From contig DASCPX010000228.1 of NCBI GenBank assembly GCA_036012755.1, positions 1-62,543 on the forward strand: a stretch of 62,543 nt of DNA, read 5' to 3'. Made by a program: the position numbers and the translations under genes. Each line of letters begins with the position of its first letter. Positions within the stretch are counted from its first letter, which is position 1. Positions 8,371 to 18,388 of this stretch are shown here, piece after piece. The stretch is from Myxococcota bacterium (GTDB lineage: Bacteria; Myxococcota_A; UBA796; CAJQPC01). The notes below the pieces were generated by a model. It was given only the letters and a program-made list of their open reading frames with translations, did not search any database and had not been told where the DNA came from.

Positions 8371-9777
8371 TCACGGTGGTGGAGGCAGCGCCTCGATGTG
8401 GATGGTGAGGCCCTCGACGACGCCGTCGACTTCTACGGGGTTCTGCTTCGCGGGGCCCATTCCTCCGCTGCCCGAGGCGGTCTCGTACTGGTCCTTACCG
8501 CCCCCGCTCCCGTCGTCGAGGGCGGCGAAGACGAGGTAGCTCCCGCCAGCGGGCAGCTGGATCGTGAAGGTCTGCTCGGCGGTCCCAGAGGGCTCGAAGC
8601 GAATGTCAGCAACCGGTGACATGCCGGGGGAAGGCATGCCGCCCTTCGCGTCGCGCACGTCGAAAGCGGAGACATAGAGCGCCCGCCCGGCGATGACCCC
8701 CGCGGCGTGGGTGATCGTGCCGGAGACATCGACCGTCTGGATGGGAAGGATGTCCTCGACCACGGGGTCGCTGGTAGCGCTCACGCAGCGCATGCCGACA
8801 GCCGAGCCGATGACGAGGTCGTTGAAGCGGTTCGCCGTGCGCATGTTGGTGGAGAAGGTGTTCCACCCACCGCCGCGCATGACGTGGAGCTCGCCGCTTG
8901 CAGGCCCGCCAGGATCGTCGGGCCGTCCCTCCCTGTAGATGGCGGGGTGGTAGGCGTCCCCGACCCACTCCCACACGTTCCCGGCCTGGTGGACGAGGCC
9001 ATAGGGCCCCTCCGTGCCCTCCGCGACCGGGAGCGTGTCCGAGACGCAGAGCCGCGGTGCCCCCGCTCCGATCATCGCGTGGTTGGCGAGCTCACAAGAG
9101 GGAGCATCCCGGCCCCACGGATAGGGGCGGAGGTCGCCAGGATCACACCTGAGAGGGTCGTCGCCGAGCTCGCAGCCGCCACGGGCCGACTTCTCCCACT
9201 CGGCCTCGGTCGGGAGGCGCATGTCTCGGGCGAGGCAGTAGTCGCGAGCCTCCTCCCAGGTGACGCCCTCGGCGGGGTGGCCGGCTCGACCGGCTTCGAC
9301 CTCGCCGGTGGGGCTCATCGATCGCAGATCGCTGCTGCCTGCGCTGCGACCGGTCGAGCGAAGCCAGGATGCGAAGTCTTCGACGGCGATCTCGTGCAGG
9401 TCGATGCAGAACGACGCCGTCTCGACGACGTGGACCGGACCCTCGTCGGCGCCGGCCTGAGACGACACGGAGCCCATCACGAAGGGGCCGGCCGGGACCA
9501 GCGCCATGCCACCGGGACAAGGCGCTGCGGAGGCCACCTGGGGCACCTCCACCGCCAGATCGGCCGACCAGGAGCTCGAGAGATCCTCGGCACCCATAGA
9601 CATTCCTGGCGGCCCCGGGTGTCCTCCGGGTCCAGGCTGTCCAGGCTGTCCAGGCTGTCCAGGCTGTCCAGGCTGTCCAGGACCAGGCTGTCCAGGCGCC
9701 GTGTTGGCTGGCGCCGGCTCCGGCGGCCGAGCTGGGAGCTCGGGCTCGCCGCAGCTCGCGGCAAACAGCAGGATCAC
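8371..9777 (-). CDS. SUMF1/FGE-sulfatase domain lipoprotein with (GQP)n linker
   Basis: FVMGS, RLPTEAEWEKSARG, YPWG, AGNVWEWVGD, RGGGW; GTG start overlaps the upstream stop. Confidence 0.9.
   Translation of the reverse strand: MILLFAASCGEPELPARPPEPAPANTAPGQPGPGQPGQPGQPGQPGQPGPGGHPGPPGMSMGAEDLSSSWSADLAVEVPQVASAAPCPGGMALVPAGPFVMGSVSSQAGADEGPVHVVETASFCIDLHEIAVEDFASWLRSTGRSAGSSDLRSMSPTGEVEAGRAGHPAEGVTWEEARDYCLARDMRLPTEAEWEKSARGGCELGDDPLRCDPGDLRPYPWGRDAPSCELANHAMIGAGAPRLCVSDTLPVAEGTEGPYGLVHQAGNVWEWVGDAYHPAIYREGRPDDPGGPASGELHVMRGGGWNTFSTNMRTANRFNDLVIGSAVGMRCVSATSDPVVEDILPIQTVDVSGTITHAAGVIAGRALYVSAFDVRDAKGGMPSPGMSPVADIRFEPSGTAEQTFTIQLPAGGSYLVFAALDDGSGGGKDQYETASGSGGMGPAKQNPVEVDGVVEGLTIHIEALPPPP
9631..9696. 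repeat. 9-bp tandem repeat encoding (Gly-Gln-Pro)n
   Basis: TCCAGGCTG x5 plus degenerate copies. Confidence 0.9.
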
Positions 9778-10463
9778 TCGGTGGGCGGGGCCTCCCCTGA
9801 CCCTTCTTCGGGCAGGGCGGGGCCCTCACCGCCTCCCTCCATGTCTCCCTCTGCTCCGGGCGGAGGGCCGGATCCGGGCGGCGGCGGAATGTCGTCGGGC
9901 TGCATGACCCACTTCGGCTGGTCCCCCGCCTTGACGGTCACGGCCACGTCGGAGCCCGCGAGGTCGAAGGGACCACCCCCGCCCACCTGGGCGTCGCCTT
10001 CCCCTGGGATGCCGGCGACAGCCACGACGTACACGGGCTTGTCGAGCTTGGCCGGGGCCAGGACCGCGAGGGACCCGGTCTCGTCTGCCTCCGTGATGTG
10101 GAGGAGCTCGACCGCACCTTCATCCACGTGTTGGAACTCGACGCGAGCGCCAGCGGCGTAGCCTTCCAGCGTCAGGTTGATCGTCACGGTGTCCCCGGAG
10201 GTGTCGAACTTCTTCGAGCCCGGGTCTCCTGACGGACCGCCCGGGTTGCCTTCGCCGGGCTCCCCGCCCTCCGCGACGCCGTCACCGGGGGGAGGAGCGT
10301 CACCCGGAGCTCCGGCACCGGGCTCGCCGGGCTGTCCAGGCTGTCCAGGCTGTCCGGGCTGTCCGGGCTGATCCGCTCCTGGGCCGCCCTGGGCGTTGGT
10401 TTCGGGGGGGGACGGACAGGCCGTGAGCAAGGCCGTGACAGCAATGATGAGCGTCAGACGCAT
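9774..10463 (-). CDS. Pro/Gly-rich lipoprotein of unknown function
   Basis: RBS GGAG; MRLTLIIAVTALLTAC; GQP repeats; small beta-rich domain. Confidence 0.75.
   Translation of the reverse strand: MRLTLIIAVTALLTACPSPPETNAQGGPGADQPGQPGQPGQPGQPGEPGAGAPGDAPPPGDGVAEGGEPGEGNPGGPSGDPGSKKFDTSGDTVTINLTLEGYAAGARVEFQHVDEGAVELLHITEADETGSLAVLAPAKLDKPVYVVAVAGIPGEGDAQVGGGGPFDLAGSDVAVTVKAGDQPKWVMQPDDIPPPPGSGPPPGAEGDMEGGGEGPALPEEGSGEAPPTE
10331..10370. repeat. 9-bp tandem repeat encoding (Gly-Gln-Pro)n
   Basis: GGCTGTCCA/G x4, same unit as at 9631. Confidence 0.85.
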
Positions 10464-10540
10464 CGTTTCTCCAATGTGGCTGGGGGGGGTCCGCAGCCGA
10501 ACCGCGCAAGTTCTACCACGGATGCGGTTAGTGGCGTTTC

Positions 10541-11554
10541 GTGACGCCGCTACTCCTCCAGCTGCTCGGGTGTGGGGGCGAACCTCTCGAGACGGTCTCC
10601 GTGGTCGGTGAAGGTCGCCTACATCACGAGATCAGTGGTCCTACCTGGGAAGTCCCCAATCAAGCGGTTGGGGATGCCGTCCCCGTCGACGGGGGCGCGG
10701 TGGCTGCGATCGCGGGTTCGACGCTGCGCATCGAGGGCGACCGGATGCCGAAATCGGGCCACGGCACGCCCCGCTTCGGGGGCCCCGAGTTCGAGCTCGT
10801 CGAGGGCGCCCTGGAGCTGCCCGCCGTCGTTGGTGTCTGGGACCTCGAGCTGGTCTATAACCACGAGGTCGTGAGCTTCCCCGTGGTCACCACCTGGGCC
10901 GCTCCCATCGAGGGGACCCCGCTCTACCAGCCGATGCTGCTCTGGACCGGGGAGTGGCTCGCTGGCCTACCGAGCAAAGCGGTCACGCCCGAGGCCGAGC
11001 TCGCCGAGGTCGAGAACCTCCTCGCGCTCAAGGTCCTGCGTGGAATGACGGCGCTCGACGGGCGGAGCTACGGTGCCTTCCCGCGTCCGAAGGACAAGGA
11101 CAACCAGGCCCACGTCTGGCTCGACTTCGAGCGCTCCGCCTGCGGTGAACACCGGGCTGGCCTGATGGACATGGTGGAGACCCACGGGGTCGACGCCCAG
11201 TGGGTCATGATGAGCTTCCGGGAGCCGAGCCCGGAGAAGCTGTCGATGTACGAGACCCGCGTCATCGCTGCCGTCGGGCGAGAGGAGAAGGTCTGGCAGC
11301 ACTGGAACCACGTCGCGGTCGAGGTCAACGGCCAGGTCTACGACCCCAGCTACGACCTCCACGCAGAGAGCTGGGGCGCCTACGAAGACGACATCTTCGG
11401 TCGCTACTGCTTCGGCGAGGAGGAGGCATGCAAGACCCCCGGCGGGTGGTGCCAGCAGCCCAGACCCGAAGGAACCTGCATCGACAACCCTCCCGGCTTC
11501 GACACAGAAGACCCGCTCATGGCGATGACGGTGTGGCGGGGAGACGACTACTAG
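10541..11554 (+). CDS. Lipoprotein with putative Cys-His-Asp (transglutaminase/protein-glutaminase-like) core
   Basis: LLGC lipobox; ACGEH...HGV...WNHVAVEVNGQVYDPSY. Confidence 0.6.
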   Translation: MTPLLLQLLGCGGEPLETVSVVGEGRLHHEISGPTWEVPNQAVGDAVPVDGGAVAAIAGSTLRIEGDRMPKSGHGTPRFGGPEFELVEGALELPAVVGVWDLELVYNHEVVSFPVVTTWAAPIEGTPLYQPMLLWTGEWLAGLPSKAVTPEAELAEVENLLALKVLRGMTALDGRSYGAFPRPKDKDNQAHVWLDFERSACGEHRAGLMDMVETHGVDAQWVMMSFREPSPEKLSMYETRVIAAVGREEKVWQHWNHVAVEVNGQVYDPSYDLHAESWGAYEDDIFGRYCFGEEEACKTPGGWCQQPRPEGTCIDNPPGFDTEDPLMAMTVWRGDDY

Positions 11555-11572
11555 GCTGGTAGAATCGCAGCG

Positions 11573-12124
11573 GTGAAGAAGAAGCTCGCGCTCGGCCTCG
11601 TCGCGGTGCTGGCCTTGCTGGGCGCGCTGACGCTGGACCTCGCGGTGGCACCGGACCCCGAGATGGCCCCTTCGATCCTGGAGGGCGACACCGTCCTGAT
11701 CGGCCCTCCGGGCGAGCTCCGACCTGGGACCGTCGTGGTCGTCGACGACCCCGCGGAGCCAGGGCGAAAGGTCCTTCGACGGGTCATCGCCGTCTCCGGC
11801 GCCGAGGGGCGCTACGACGTGCGACGCCGAGAGATGTTCCGCGGCGGAGACATCGCGATCCTCAACGAGGTCGACCGCTGGCTGGTCCAGGAGCGCACGA
11901 CGGCGCGCCTGGAGCCCAGCATCCGCCTCGACACTCCGGAGGGTCACGTCTACCTCCTGGCCGACAACCGCGACCTCGGCCTGGACTCGCGCTGGTGGGG
12001 TCCGGTCCCCCTCGAGCGCATCGAGGGGCGCGTGCTGCTGCGCTGGGGCTCCTCCGACGCCTGGCGTGGCCCGGTCTCCATTGGAGCCGAGGACGGCCCC
12101 TGGATACCGCCGAGCAAGCAATGA
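11573..12124 (+). CDS. Signal peptidase I (S26)-like protein lacking the catalytic Ser/Lys
   Basis: N-terminal TM; DPEMAPSILEGD (box B), LRRVIAVSG (box D), YLLADNRDLGLDSRWWGPVP (box E). Confidence 0.8.
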   Translation: MKKKLALGLVAVLALLGALTLDLAVAPDPEMAPSILEGDTVLIGPPGELRPGTVVVVDDPAEPGRKVLRRVIAVSGAEGRYDVRRREMFRGGDIAILNEVDRWLVQERTTARLEPSIRLDTPEGHVYLLADNRDLGLDSRWWGPVPLERIEGRVLLRWGSSDAWRGPVSIGAEDGPWIPPSKQ

Positions 12125-13632
12125 CGCGGATGTACCTGCTCCTTGCCTGCACTCCATCCGAGGACACCCTCGATCCCGAGCGTGGCGACACGTCAGGGGA
12201 AGCCCCTCCAGACGCAGTCCTCGCCGCCTTCGAGGACCAGTTGGACGAGCTCGGCGCTCCCGGAGTCGCCGTGGGCATCTGGCAGGACGGTCGCATCGTG
12301 CACGCCTTTGGACTCGGCCGGCGCGGGCCGGAGACCGACGAGGAGGTCGGGCCCGACACGCTCTTCCGCATCGGCTCGGTCACGAAGATGCTCACCGCAG
12401 CGGCGCTGCTCGAACAGGTGGACGCCGGAGCCCTGGACCTGGAGACGCCGCTGTCCGACCTCGTCGACGTCGAGACGATGAGCCCGGAGGAGTACCAGCA
12501 GGTCACGGTCCACCACCTGCTGTCGCACCAGGGGGGGTTCTGGGACCACACGCCCATCGAGGGGACCTCGAACGACGAGCGCCTCGAGAAGTACACCGAG
12601 GGAACCTGGGCTAGCTCGTACTCCCTGCAAATGGTCGAGCCAGGGGCCTTCTGGAACTACAGCAACCCCAACTTCGCCCTCGCCGGACTGGTCATCGAGC
12701 GAGCCGACGGCCAGCGCTACTACCGGGAGGCCCTGCGTGAGGACGTGCTGACCCCCCTGGGCATGGACCGCACGCTGTTCTTGGGCGAGGACGTCATCGC
12801 CGACGGGGACTACGCCACCGGCAAGGCCTACGACTGGACTGGCGGGGGCGCGGACTGGCTCCCGAGCGAGCCCGACAGCTATGACCATGCCTGGTCCCGA
12901 CCAGCGGGCTTCGCCTTCTCCAGCGTCTCGGATCTGCTGCGCTTCGCGAGCTTCCTGATGGAGGAGGAGCGCCTCGTCCAGCCTCATGTGGACCTGCAGG
13001 TCGGCTACCCGGGCTGGTTCAGCTACGGCTACGGCGTGATGGTGTACCGGGGTTTTGGCGGGGTCTCCGGCTTCATCGAAGAGCCGCTGTGGACCCACGG
13101 AGGCGCCATCCCCGGCTTCTCAGCGGAGCTCTTCGTGCTGCCGGAGCGGGACTTCGCCGTCGCTGTCCTCTCCAACGGCGACGGGGCCTACTTCGGAGAC
13201 GCGGTCGCGGTCACCTTCGACGAGCTGGTCGAGGACCTACCCGCTGGGGGAGCCTGGCCCGATGCCGGTACGCGGGACGACATGAGCCGCTACGCCGGGA
13301 CCTACTACGACGCCTGGAACATCGGCGAGGTCATCATCAAGGAGCTCGATGGTTCCTTGCAGATCCTGTGTCCCACGCTCGCGGACTACGGCTACGAGGT
13401 CGACGGAGAGCTGGTCCCGCTCGGGCAGGACAACTTCGTGATGACCTTGGACGGCACCGGCATCACGATCGCGCTGCTGCAGGGACCCGACTTCGACAGC
13501 CAGTACCTGCGACACCGGGCCTTCGTCGCCCACCGCCAGGACGGGGCGAGGTCCCGACCGAGCCCGGAACCGGACGTCGCCGCGATCCTCCGCGCGGAGG
13601 CGTCAGTCCCTCAGAGCCAGCTCCCCGAATAG
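12121..13632 (+). CDS. Serine hydrolase (class C beta-lactamase/AmpC-like) lipoprotein
   Basis: ATGA overlap with the upstream gene; LLLAC; FRIGSVTK (SxxK), YSN, HGGAIPGF. Confidence 0.9.
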   Translation: MTRMYLLLACTPSEDTLDPERGDTSGEAPPDAVLAAFEDQLDELGAPGVAVGIWQDGRIVHAFGLGRRGPETDEEVGPDTLFRIGSVTKMLTAAALLEQVDAGALDLETPLSDLVDVETMSPEEYQQVTVHHLLSHQGGFWDHTPIEGTSNDERLEKYTEGTWASSYSLQMVEPGAFWNYSNPNFALAGLVIERADGQRYYREALREDVLTPLGMDRTLFLGEDVIADGDYATGKAYDWTGGGADWLPSEPDSYDHAWSRPAGFAFSSVSDLLRFASFLMEEERLVQPHVDLQVGYPGWFSYGYGVMVYRGFGGVSGFIEEPLWTHGGAIPGFSAELFVLPERDFAVAVLSNGDGAYFGDAVAVTFDELVEDLPAGGAWPDAGTRDDMSRYAGTYYDAWNIGEVIIKELDGSLQILCPTLADYGYEVDGELVPLGQDNFVMTLDGTGITIALLQGPDFDSQYLRHRAFVAHRQDGARSRPSPEPDVAAILRAEASVPQSQLPE

Positions 13633-15165
13633 ACTGCGTTGGCGCCGTCGATCTCGAGGTCGGCGGAGGGCGTGCCGCTGAGCGGACCCAGGAAGAGGTA
13701 GCTGGCCCCTGCCTGGGAGCCGCCGTCGTCGTTGGTGCTGGCGCCGATGAAGAGGTCGTCGTGGCTGTCCCCGTCGACGTCTCCGATGCCGAGCGCGGAG
13801 ATGCCGAAGCTGTCGCTGGCCGCCTCTCCCTCGAGGAAGGCGTCGGAGTCGTCCTCGAGGATGAAGACGTCCGAGGTCTTCGGGCCGCTGACGAGGTCGG
13901 CGTGACCCTCGTTGTTCGTGTAGCCGCCGTAGCGGGCTCCGATGAGCAGATCCTCTGTCCCGTCGCCGTCGACGTCCCCCGCGCCGTCCACGAAGTGCCC
14001 CGCCCAAGCTCCCTGGCTGGCGCCACCGGAGCCGGCGAAGAGGATATGTCTGCGTCGCCGATGTCGCCGTCGGAGACCGCCGAGAGCCACACATAGGCGG
14101 CCCCGGCCTGGCCTCCCCCCGTGGAGTCCTGGTAGCAGCCGAGCACCAGCTGGTCCGCGCCGTCGCCGGTCCAGTCGTCGAGCACGGCGACCATGCGCCC
14201 GCAGTATTGGTTCTTGTCGTCGCCGGTCACAGCGACGTCTGCGGAGCTGGCGTCGACGGAGCTCACCGGCCCGTAGAAGACCCAGGCGCCGCCTGCGTTC
14301 TTGTCGGGGGTCACGCCATGACGGTTGTCGCCGACGACGATGTCGGTGGTGCCATCACCGTCCAGATCCCCCGTCCGCGCGATGCCACCGAAGCGCTGGA
14401 AGGCGGTGTCGCTGGAGTCGTGCTCCAGCGTGATGTCCGCGTCGCCGTCGTCGCAGTCCTCGCATGCCGGGTGGCCGTCTGCGTCCGCATAGCCGACGGA
14501 GCCATCGCAGTTGTAGTCGTTGGGATCCGTGCAGTCGTCCTCGGCCGCGCCAGGATTGAAGGCCCCGTCCTCGTCGTCGCAGTCCCCGGCTGCGCCCACG
14601 TAGCCCTCTGGGACGAAGCACTGCACGACGCTGTCGGACCCTTCTCCCCAGCCGTCGCCGTCCTCGTCGACGTACCAGGTGGCCTGTCCGCTGACGCTGT
14701 CGTCGTCGTCATCGACGGCCCCGTCGCAGTCGTCATCGATCTCGTTGCAGACCTCTGAGGCGTCGGGGTTCACCTCGGAGTCGGCGTCGTCGCAGTCCCC
14801 GGAGGTGAGCACGTGGCCCTCGACGTTGGGACACGACCAGACGATGTCCTCGCTCCCACCGAAGCCGTCGCAGTCGTCGTTCAGCTGGTTGCAGTGCTCG
14901 ACGGCCCCCGGAAGGCCTCGGCCCGTTCGTCATCGCAGTCCCGGGCGGACTCAACGTAGCTCTCGTCGGGGGCCTGGCACTGGTCGACGGGGGCGCCAGC
15001 GCCATGTCCATCGCCGTCGCCGTCGCGGTACCAGGAGCGCCGCTGCACATCCGGATCGTCGTCGTCGCAGTCGTTCGGGCGGGGCAGGTCGTCCCCGTCG
15101 AGGTCCCAGCGCCCATCGTAGTCCTCTGACGTGATCAGCGAGCATCCGAGCAACAAAGCGAACAT
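13611..15165 (-). pseudogene. Degraded lipoprotein with Cys/Asp metal-binding repeats and FG-GAP repeats
   Basis: MFALLLGC start; DCDD..E.CN..DDDCDG repeats and GDLDGDG..D..VG repeats spread over three frames (shifts near 14907 and 14045) with fused half-repeats; no natural C-terminus. Confidence 0.8.
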
Positions 15166-15213
15166 GGGCGAGAAGCTATCCGAGGTCGCGGATAGGATCC
15201 GCTCGGAGGACCC

Positions 15214-15729
15214 ATGTCTCTGCGCGACGCACTCTTGAAGGCCGGAGCGGTCTCGAAGAAGCGCGTGAAGAAGACCGAGCGCGGCCTCAAGGAGAAGCGC
15301 AGGGCCGAGCAAGGGCAGCGGGACAAGAAGAAGCAGATCAGGGCGCGGGAGCGACAGGAGGCGGAGGCGGCGCGAGCCCAGCGCGAGGCGTCCATGCGCT
15401 CCGCCCGAGCCCAGCGGCGGGACCGCACCGAGAAGGAGGCCAGGGCGCTGCGGACGAGGCACCTGCTGGAGGCCCACCGCATCCAGGTCCGGACCGGCAA
15501 GGGCACGCGCTTCTTCTTCGCCCACGAGGGCGTGGTGAAGCGCCTGATCGTGCCGTGGACCATCGCCCGCGGCCTGCGCGCCGGGGTCTACGCCATCGCA
15601 CTGCTGGAGCGTCCCTACGTCGACGACGAGTACGTCGTGATCCCTGCGGCGACCGCCGAGTACGTCGAGGACGAGGTCCTGTTTCGAAACCTGGAACCCG
15701 GGGACGAAGGATTCACGGACGACTACTGA
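15214..15729 (+). CDS. DUF2058/YaiL-like protein
   Basis: RBS GGAGG; MSLRDALLKAG N-terminus, basic coiled coil, FFF..G.VKRL.V...GLRAG.YAI. Confidence 0.75.
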   Translation: MSLRDALLKAGAVSKKRVKKTERGLKEKRRAEQGQRDKKKQIRARERQEAEAARAQREASMRSARAQRRDRTEKEARALRTRHLLEAHRIQVRTGKGTRFFFAHEGVVKRLIVPWTIARGLRAGVYAIALLERPYVDDEYVVIPAATAEYVEDEVLFRNLEPGDEGFTDDY

Positions 15730-16253
15730 TCCTGCTGGCCTGCGGCGCCGAGCCGCGCACCGGCCCCTGCGCCGACTACGCAGGTCCGGCCTACGAGTTC
15801 TGCATGTCGGAGGAGGTGGGCGAGGACCCCGCCCTGTGTGTGGACGCCGGCGCCTTCGAGGCGGACTGCCGCCTCAGGTGGGTGCGGCGTCACGCCGAGT
15901 CGGACCTCGAGGTGCTCCTGGAGGTCTGCGCGAGCCAGGAGTGCCGCTTCGATGCCCTCGAACACAAGGCCACGGGCGAGCTGCTCACCGACCTCGCGCG
16001 CTGCGACGAGCACCTGGAGATGATGGCCAGCTACTGCCGCGAGCACGCCGCGATCCGCTGGCTCGCCGAGCCGACCGGCGTGGACAGGGTCGTCGTCGCA
16101 GAGGGCTGGCCAGAGGACATCGGGCGAGCCCTCGGCCACCTGCACGCCTGCGCCGGAGGCCCGGCCTGCTCGGAGCTCCCGGAAGGAAAACAGGCGGGCT
16201 GCCGCTCGCTCGTCGCCGAGGTGGAGGCCGACCCGACGATCTGCTCGAGGTAG
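15726..16253 (+). CDS. Cys-rich lipoprotein, hypothetical (probable CTG start)
   Basis: CTG overlapping the upstream TGA gives (M)ILLACGAEP; coding-like frame continues to TAG at 16253. Confidence 0.6.
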   Translation: MILLACGAEPRTGPCADYAGPAYEFCMSEEVGEDPALCVDAGAFEADCRLRWVRRHAESDLEVLLEVCASQECRFDALEHKATGELLTDLARCDEHLEMMASYCREHAAIRWLAEPTGVDRVVVAEGWPEDIGRALGHLHACAGGPACSELPEGKQAGCRSLVAEVEADPTICSR

Positions 16254-16270
16254 CGGGATAGCCTCTGACC

Positions 16271-16816
16271 ATGAGTGACAAGAAGAGGCAGAAGACCCGC
16301 GAGAAGAAGAAGGCCAAGCGCGCGACGAAGCAGAAGACGCGACGGGTGCGAAACCTGAACGCTGCCACGTCCACCCAGGCCACGAGCCTGCGCACGATCC
16401 TGGGCTGGCCGCTGGGCGAGGCATGGATCGGGCAGGACTGGCACGAGCAGGGCGCCCGCGTCCCCGCGCTCATCACCAGGGCCCATCCTTCGGGCGGCAT
16501 CGCCGCCGCTGTCTTCGACCTCGATCTCGAGTCCGATGGAGTCGTGCGAGCCGCCTTGCTCGTGGGCCTCGACGACAACGAGCTCCACCACCGCCTCGCG
16601 GAGCTCTCCGAGACCTCGCCGATGGTGGAGACCACAGCGGGGGTCGTGCTCGCCTGCGTCGAGGCCGCGGCAGGGCTGGACGAGCTGCCAGCTGGCTTCG
16701 CCGACGCTCGGGCGATGTTCGGCGAGCTCGAGCTGGACGGCTCGGTCGAGATCCTGACCGGAACGCCTCCGGAGCCAAAACGCAAGAAGGGGCTCTTCGC
16801 GAGGCTGTTCGGCTAA
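16271..16816 (+). CDS. Hypothetical protein
   Basis: Open frame with typical codon usage; TAGCCT 6 nt before ATG. Confidence 0.75.
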   Translation: MSDKKRQKTREKKKAKRATKQKTRRVRNLNAATSTQATSLRTILGWPLGEAWIGQDWHEQGARVPALITRAHPSGGIAAAVFDLDLESDGVVRAALLVGLDDNELHHRLAELSETSPMVETTAGVVLACVEAAAGLDELPAGFADARAMFGELELDGSVEILTGTPPEPKRKKGLFARLFG

Positions 16817-16855
16817 AGCCCGCCGTCCTGTGTCCGCGCGTGTGTCGGAGGCAGG

Positions 16856-17927
16856 ATGTCAACCCATCCGGACAGCCCCGAAATGGAAGAGGAGCTTCAG
16901 GAGCTCATCGCGGAGTTCCGCGCCGAGGCGGACGAGAGCCTGGCAGAGCTCGACGAGCTCCTGCTGGCCGCCACGCCAGCCTCCGTCCCCGGCCTCTTCC
17001 GGATCTTCCACAGCCTCAAGGGTGTCGCCGGGATGCTGGGCTTCGACCGGAAAGCCCGTCGTGCTCGAGACCGCCGGCGAGCACGTCGAGCTCGACCGGG
17101 GCGTGGTCGAGCGCCTGGCGGATCCCCTCCTCCACATGGTCCGCAACGCCGTCGACCACGGCATCGAGGCCGATCGCTCTGGAAAGTCGCCGACAGGCAC
17201 GATCCGGTTGAGTGCCCGCTCGGAGCCTGGCTGTGTCGTGGTCGAGCTGGAGGACGACGGAAAGGGGCTCGACCCCCAACGGCTCCGGGAGCGGGCGATT
17301 CAGAGGGGTGTCATCACCGCCAGCGAGGAGCTCAGCGACGACCAGTGCCTGGAGCTCATCTTCGCTCCGGGCTTCTCCACCGCAGCCGAGGTCACGGACC
17401 TCTCGGGGCGAGGGGTGGGCATGGACGTCGTGCGCTCCAGCGTCGAGGCGCTGCGGGGACGCGTCCGCATCGACAGCACCCTCGGCGCCGGCACCCGCTT
17501 CTGTCTCGTGCTCCCGCTGACGCTCTCCATCGTGGACGGGCTGTTGCTGCGAAGTGGCGAAGATCGTTACGTTCTCCCCTGCCCCGTGGTGCGCGAGACG
17601 GTCGGGCTGTCCGGCCTGCGAGTTCGCGAGTTCGCGGATCGAGGTCCACTGCTCGATGTGCGCGGCGAGCTCTTGCCGCTGATTCGTCTCGACGGCCTCC
17701 TCGGGCGTCCGGCCGGAGACCCACAGCTGGTCGTGATCGTCGATGGGTCCGAGGGTGCCGTGGCGCTGGAGGTCGAGGAGATCCTCGGCCAGCAGCAGGT
17801 GGTGGTCAAGCCCCTGTCGGACCCGCTCTCGAACAGCCGGCTGTTCTCGGGGGCCGCCGTCCTCGGCGACGGTCGTGTCGGTCTCATCCTCGACGGTGAG
17901 GCGCTCTGCGTCTCGACCGCAGCCTAG
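16856..17927 (+). pseudogene. cheA: Chemotaxis kinase CheA with internal deletion and frameshift
   Basis: Hpt fragment LFRIFHSLKGVAGMLGF joined out of frame near 17045 to the HATPase (DPLLHMVRNAVDHGIE, DDGKG, SGRGVGMDVV) and CheW-like domains; rest of P1, P2 and most of P3 are absent. Confidence 0.9.
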
Positions 17928-17939
17928 GAGACCGCCCCG

Positions 17940-18374
17940 ATGGAGTCACTCGCCGGTCGCTATCTCATCTTCGAGCTCGGAGGCCAGGACTGGGCGGTGG
18001 ACATCCGCGCCGTCCGCGAGCTCGTCGCGCCGCTGCCCGTCACCTGCGTCCCGCAGTCGCCCGAGCACGTGCTCGGCGCCTTCAACCTGCGCGGACGCGT
18101 GCTCCCCCTCCTCGACCCGCGCCAGCCCCTCGGTCTTCCGCCCGGTCGTCCGGAACAGGGTGTCTTCGTTGTCCTCTCGCGTGAGCGCGAGGAGGGCGAG
18201 ACGCTCTTCGCGGTCCTCGTGGACCAAGTCCACGAGGTCCTCTCCCTGCCCCCGGAGCAGTGCTCCCCTCCCCCCGAGCTTCCGGGCGGTCCTTCGGAAC
18301 TGCTCGAAGGCGTGGGGCGCGAGGAGGAGCGGCTCCTGTTCATCGTCGATCTCGGGCGGCTGCTCGCCGCCTGA
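17940..18374 (+). CDS. cheW: Chemotaxis protein CheW
   Basis: [45 protein letters not shown]. Confidence 0.9.
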   Translation: MESLAGRYLIFELGGQDWAVDIRAVRELVAPLPVTCVPQSPEHVLGAFNLRGRVLPLLDPRQPLGLPPGRPEQGVFVVLSREREEGETLFAVLVDQVHEVLSLPPEQCSPPPELPGGPSELLEGVGREEERLLFIVDLGRLLAA

Positions 18375-18388
18375 GCCCGGAGGAAACC

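Noticed and set aside
17030..17060. Programmed ribosomal frameshift producing full CheA
   Set aside because: Even with a shift, half of Hpt and the P2/P3 domains are missing and neighbouring genes are also deleted, so a deletion scar is the simpler explanation.
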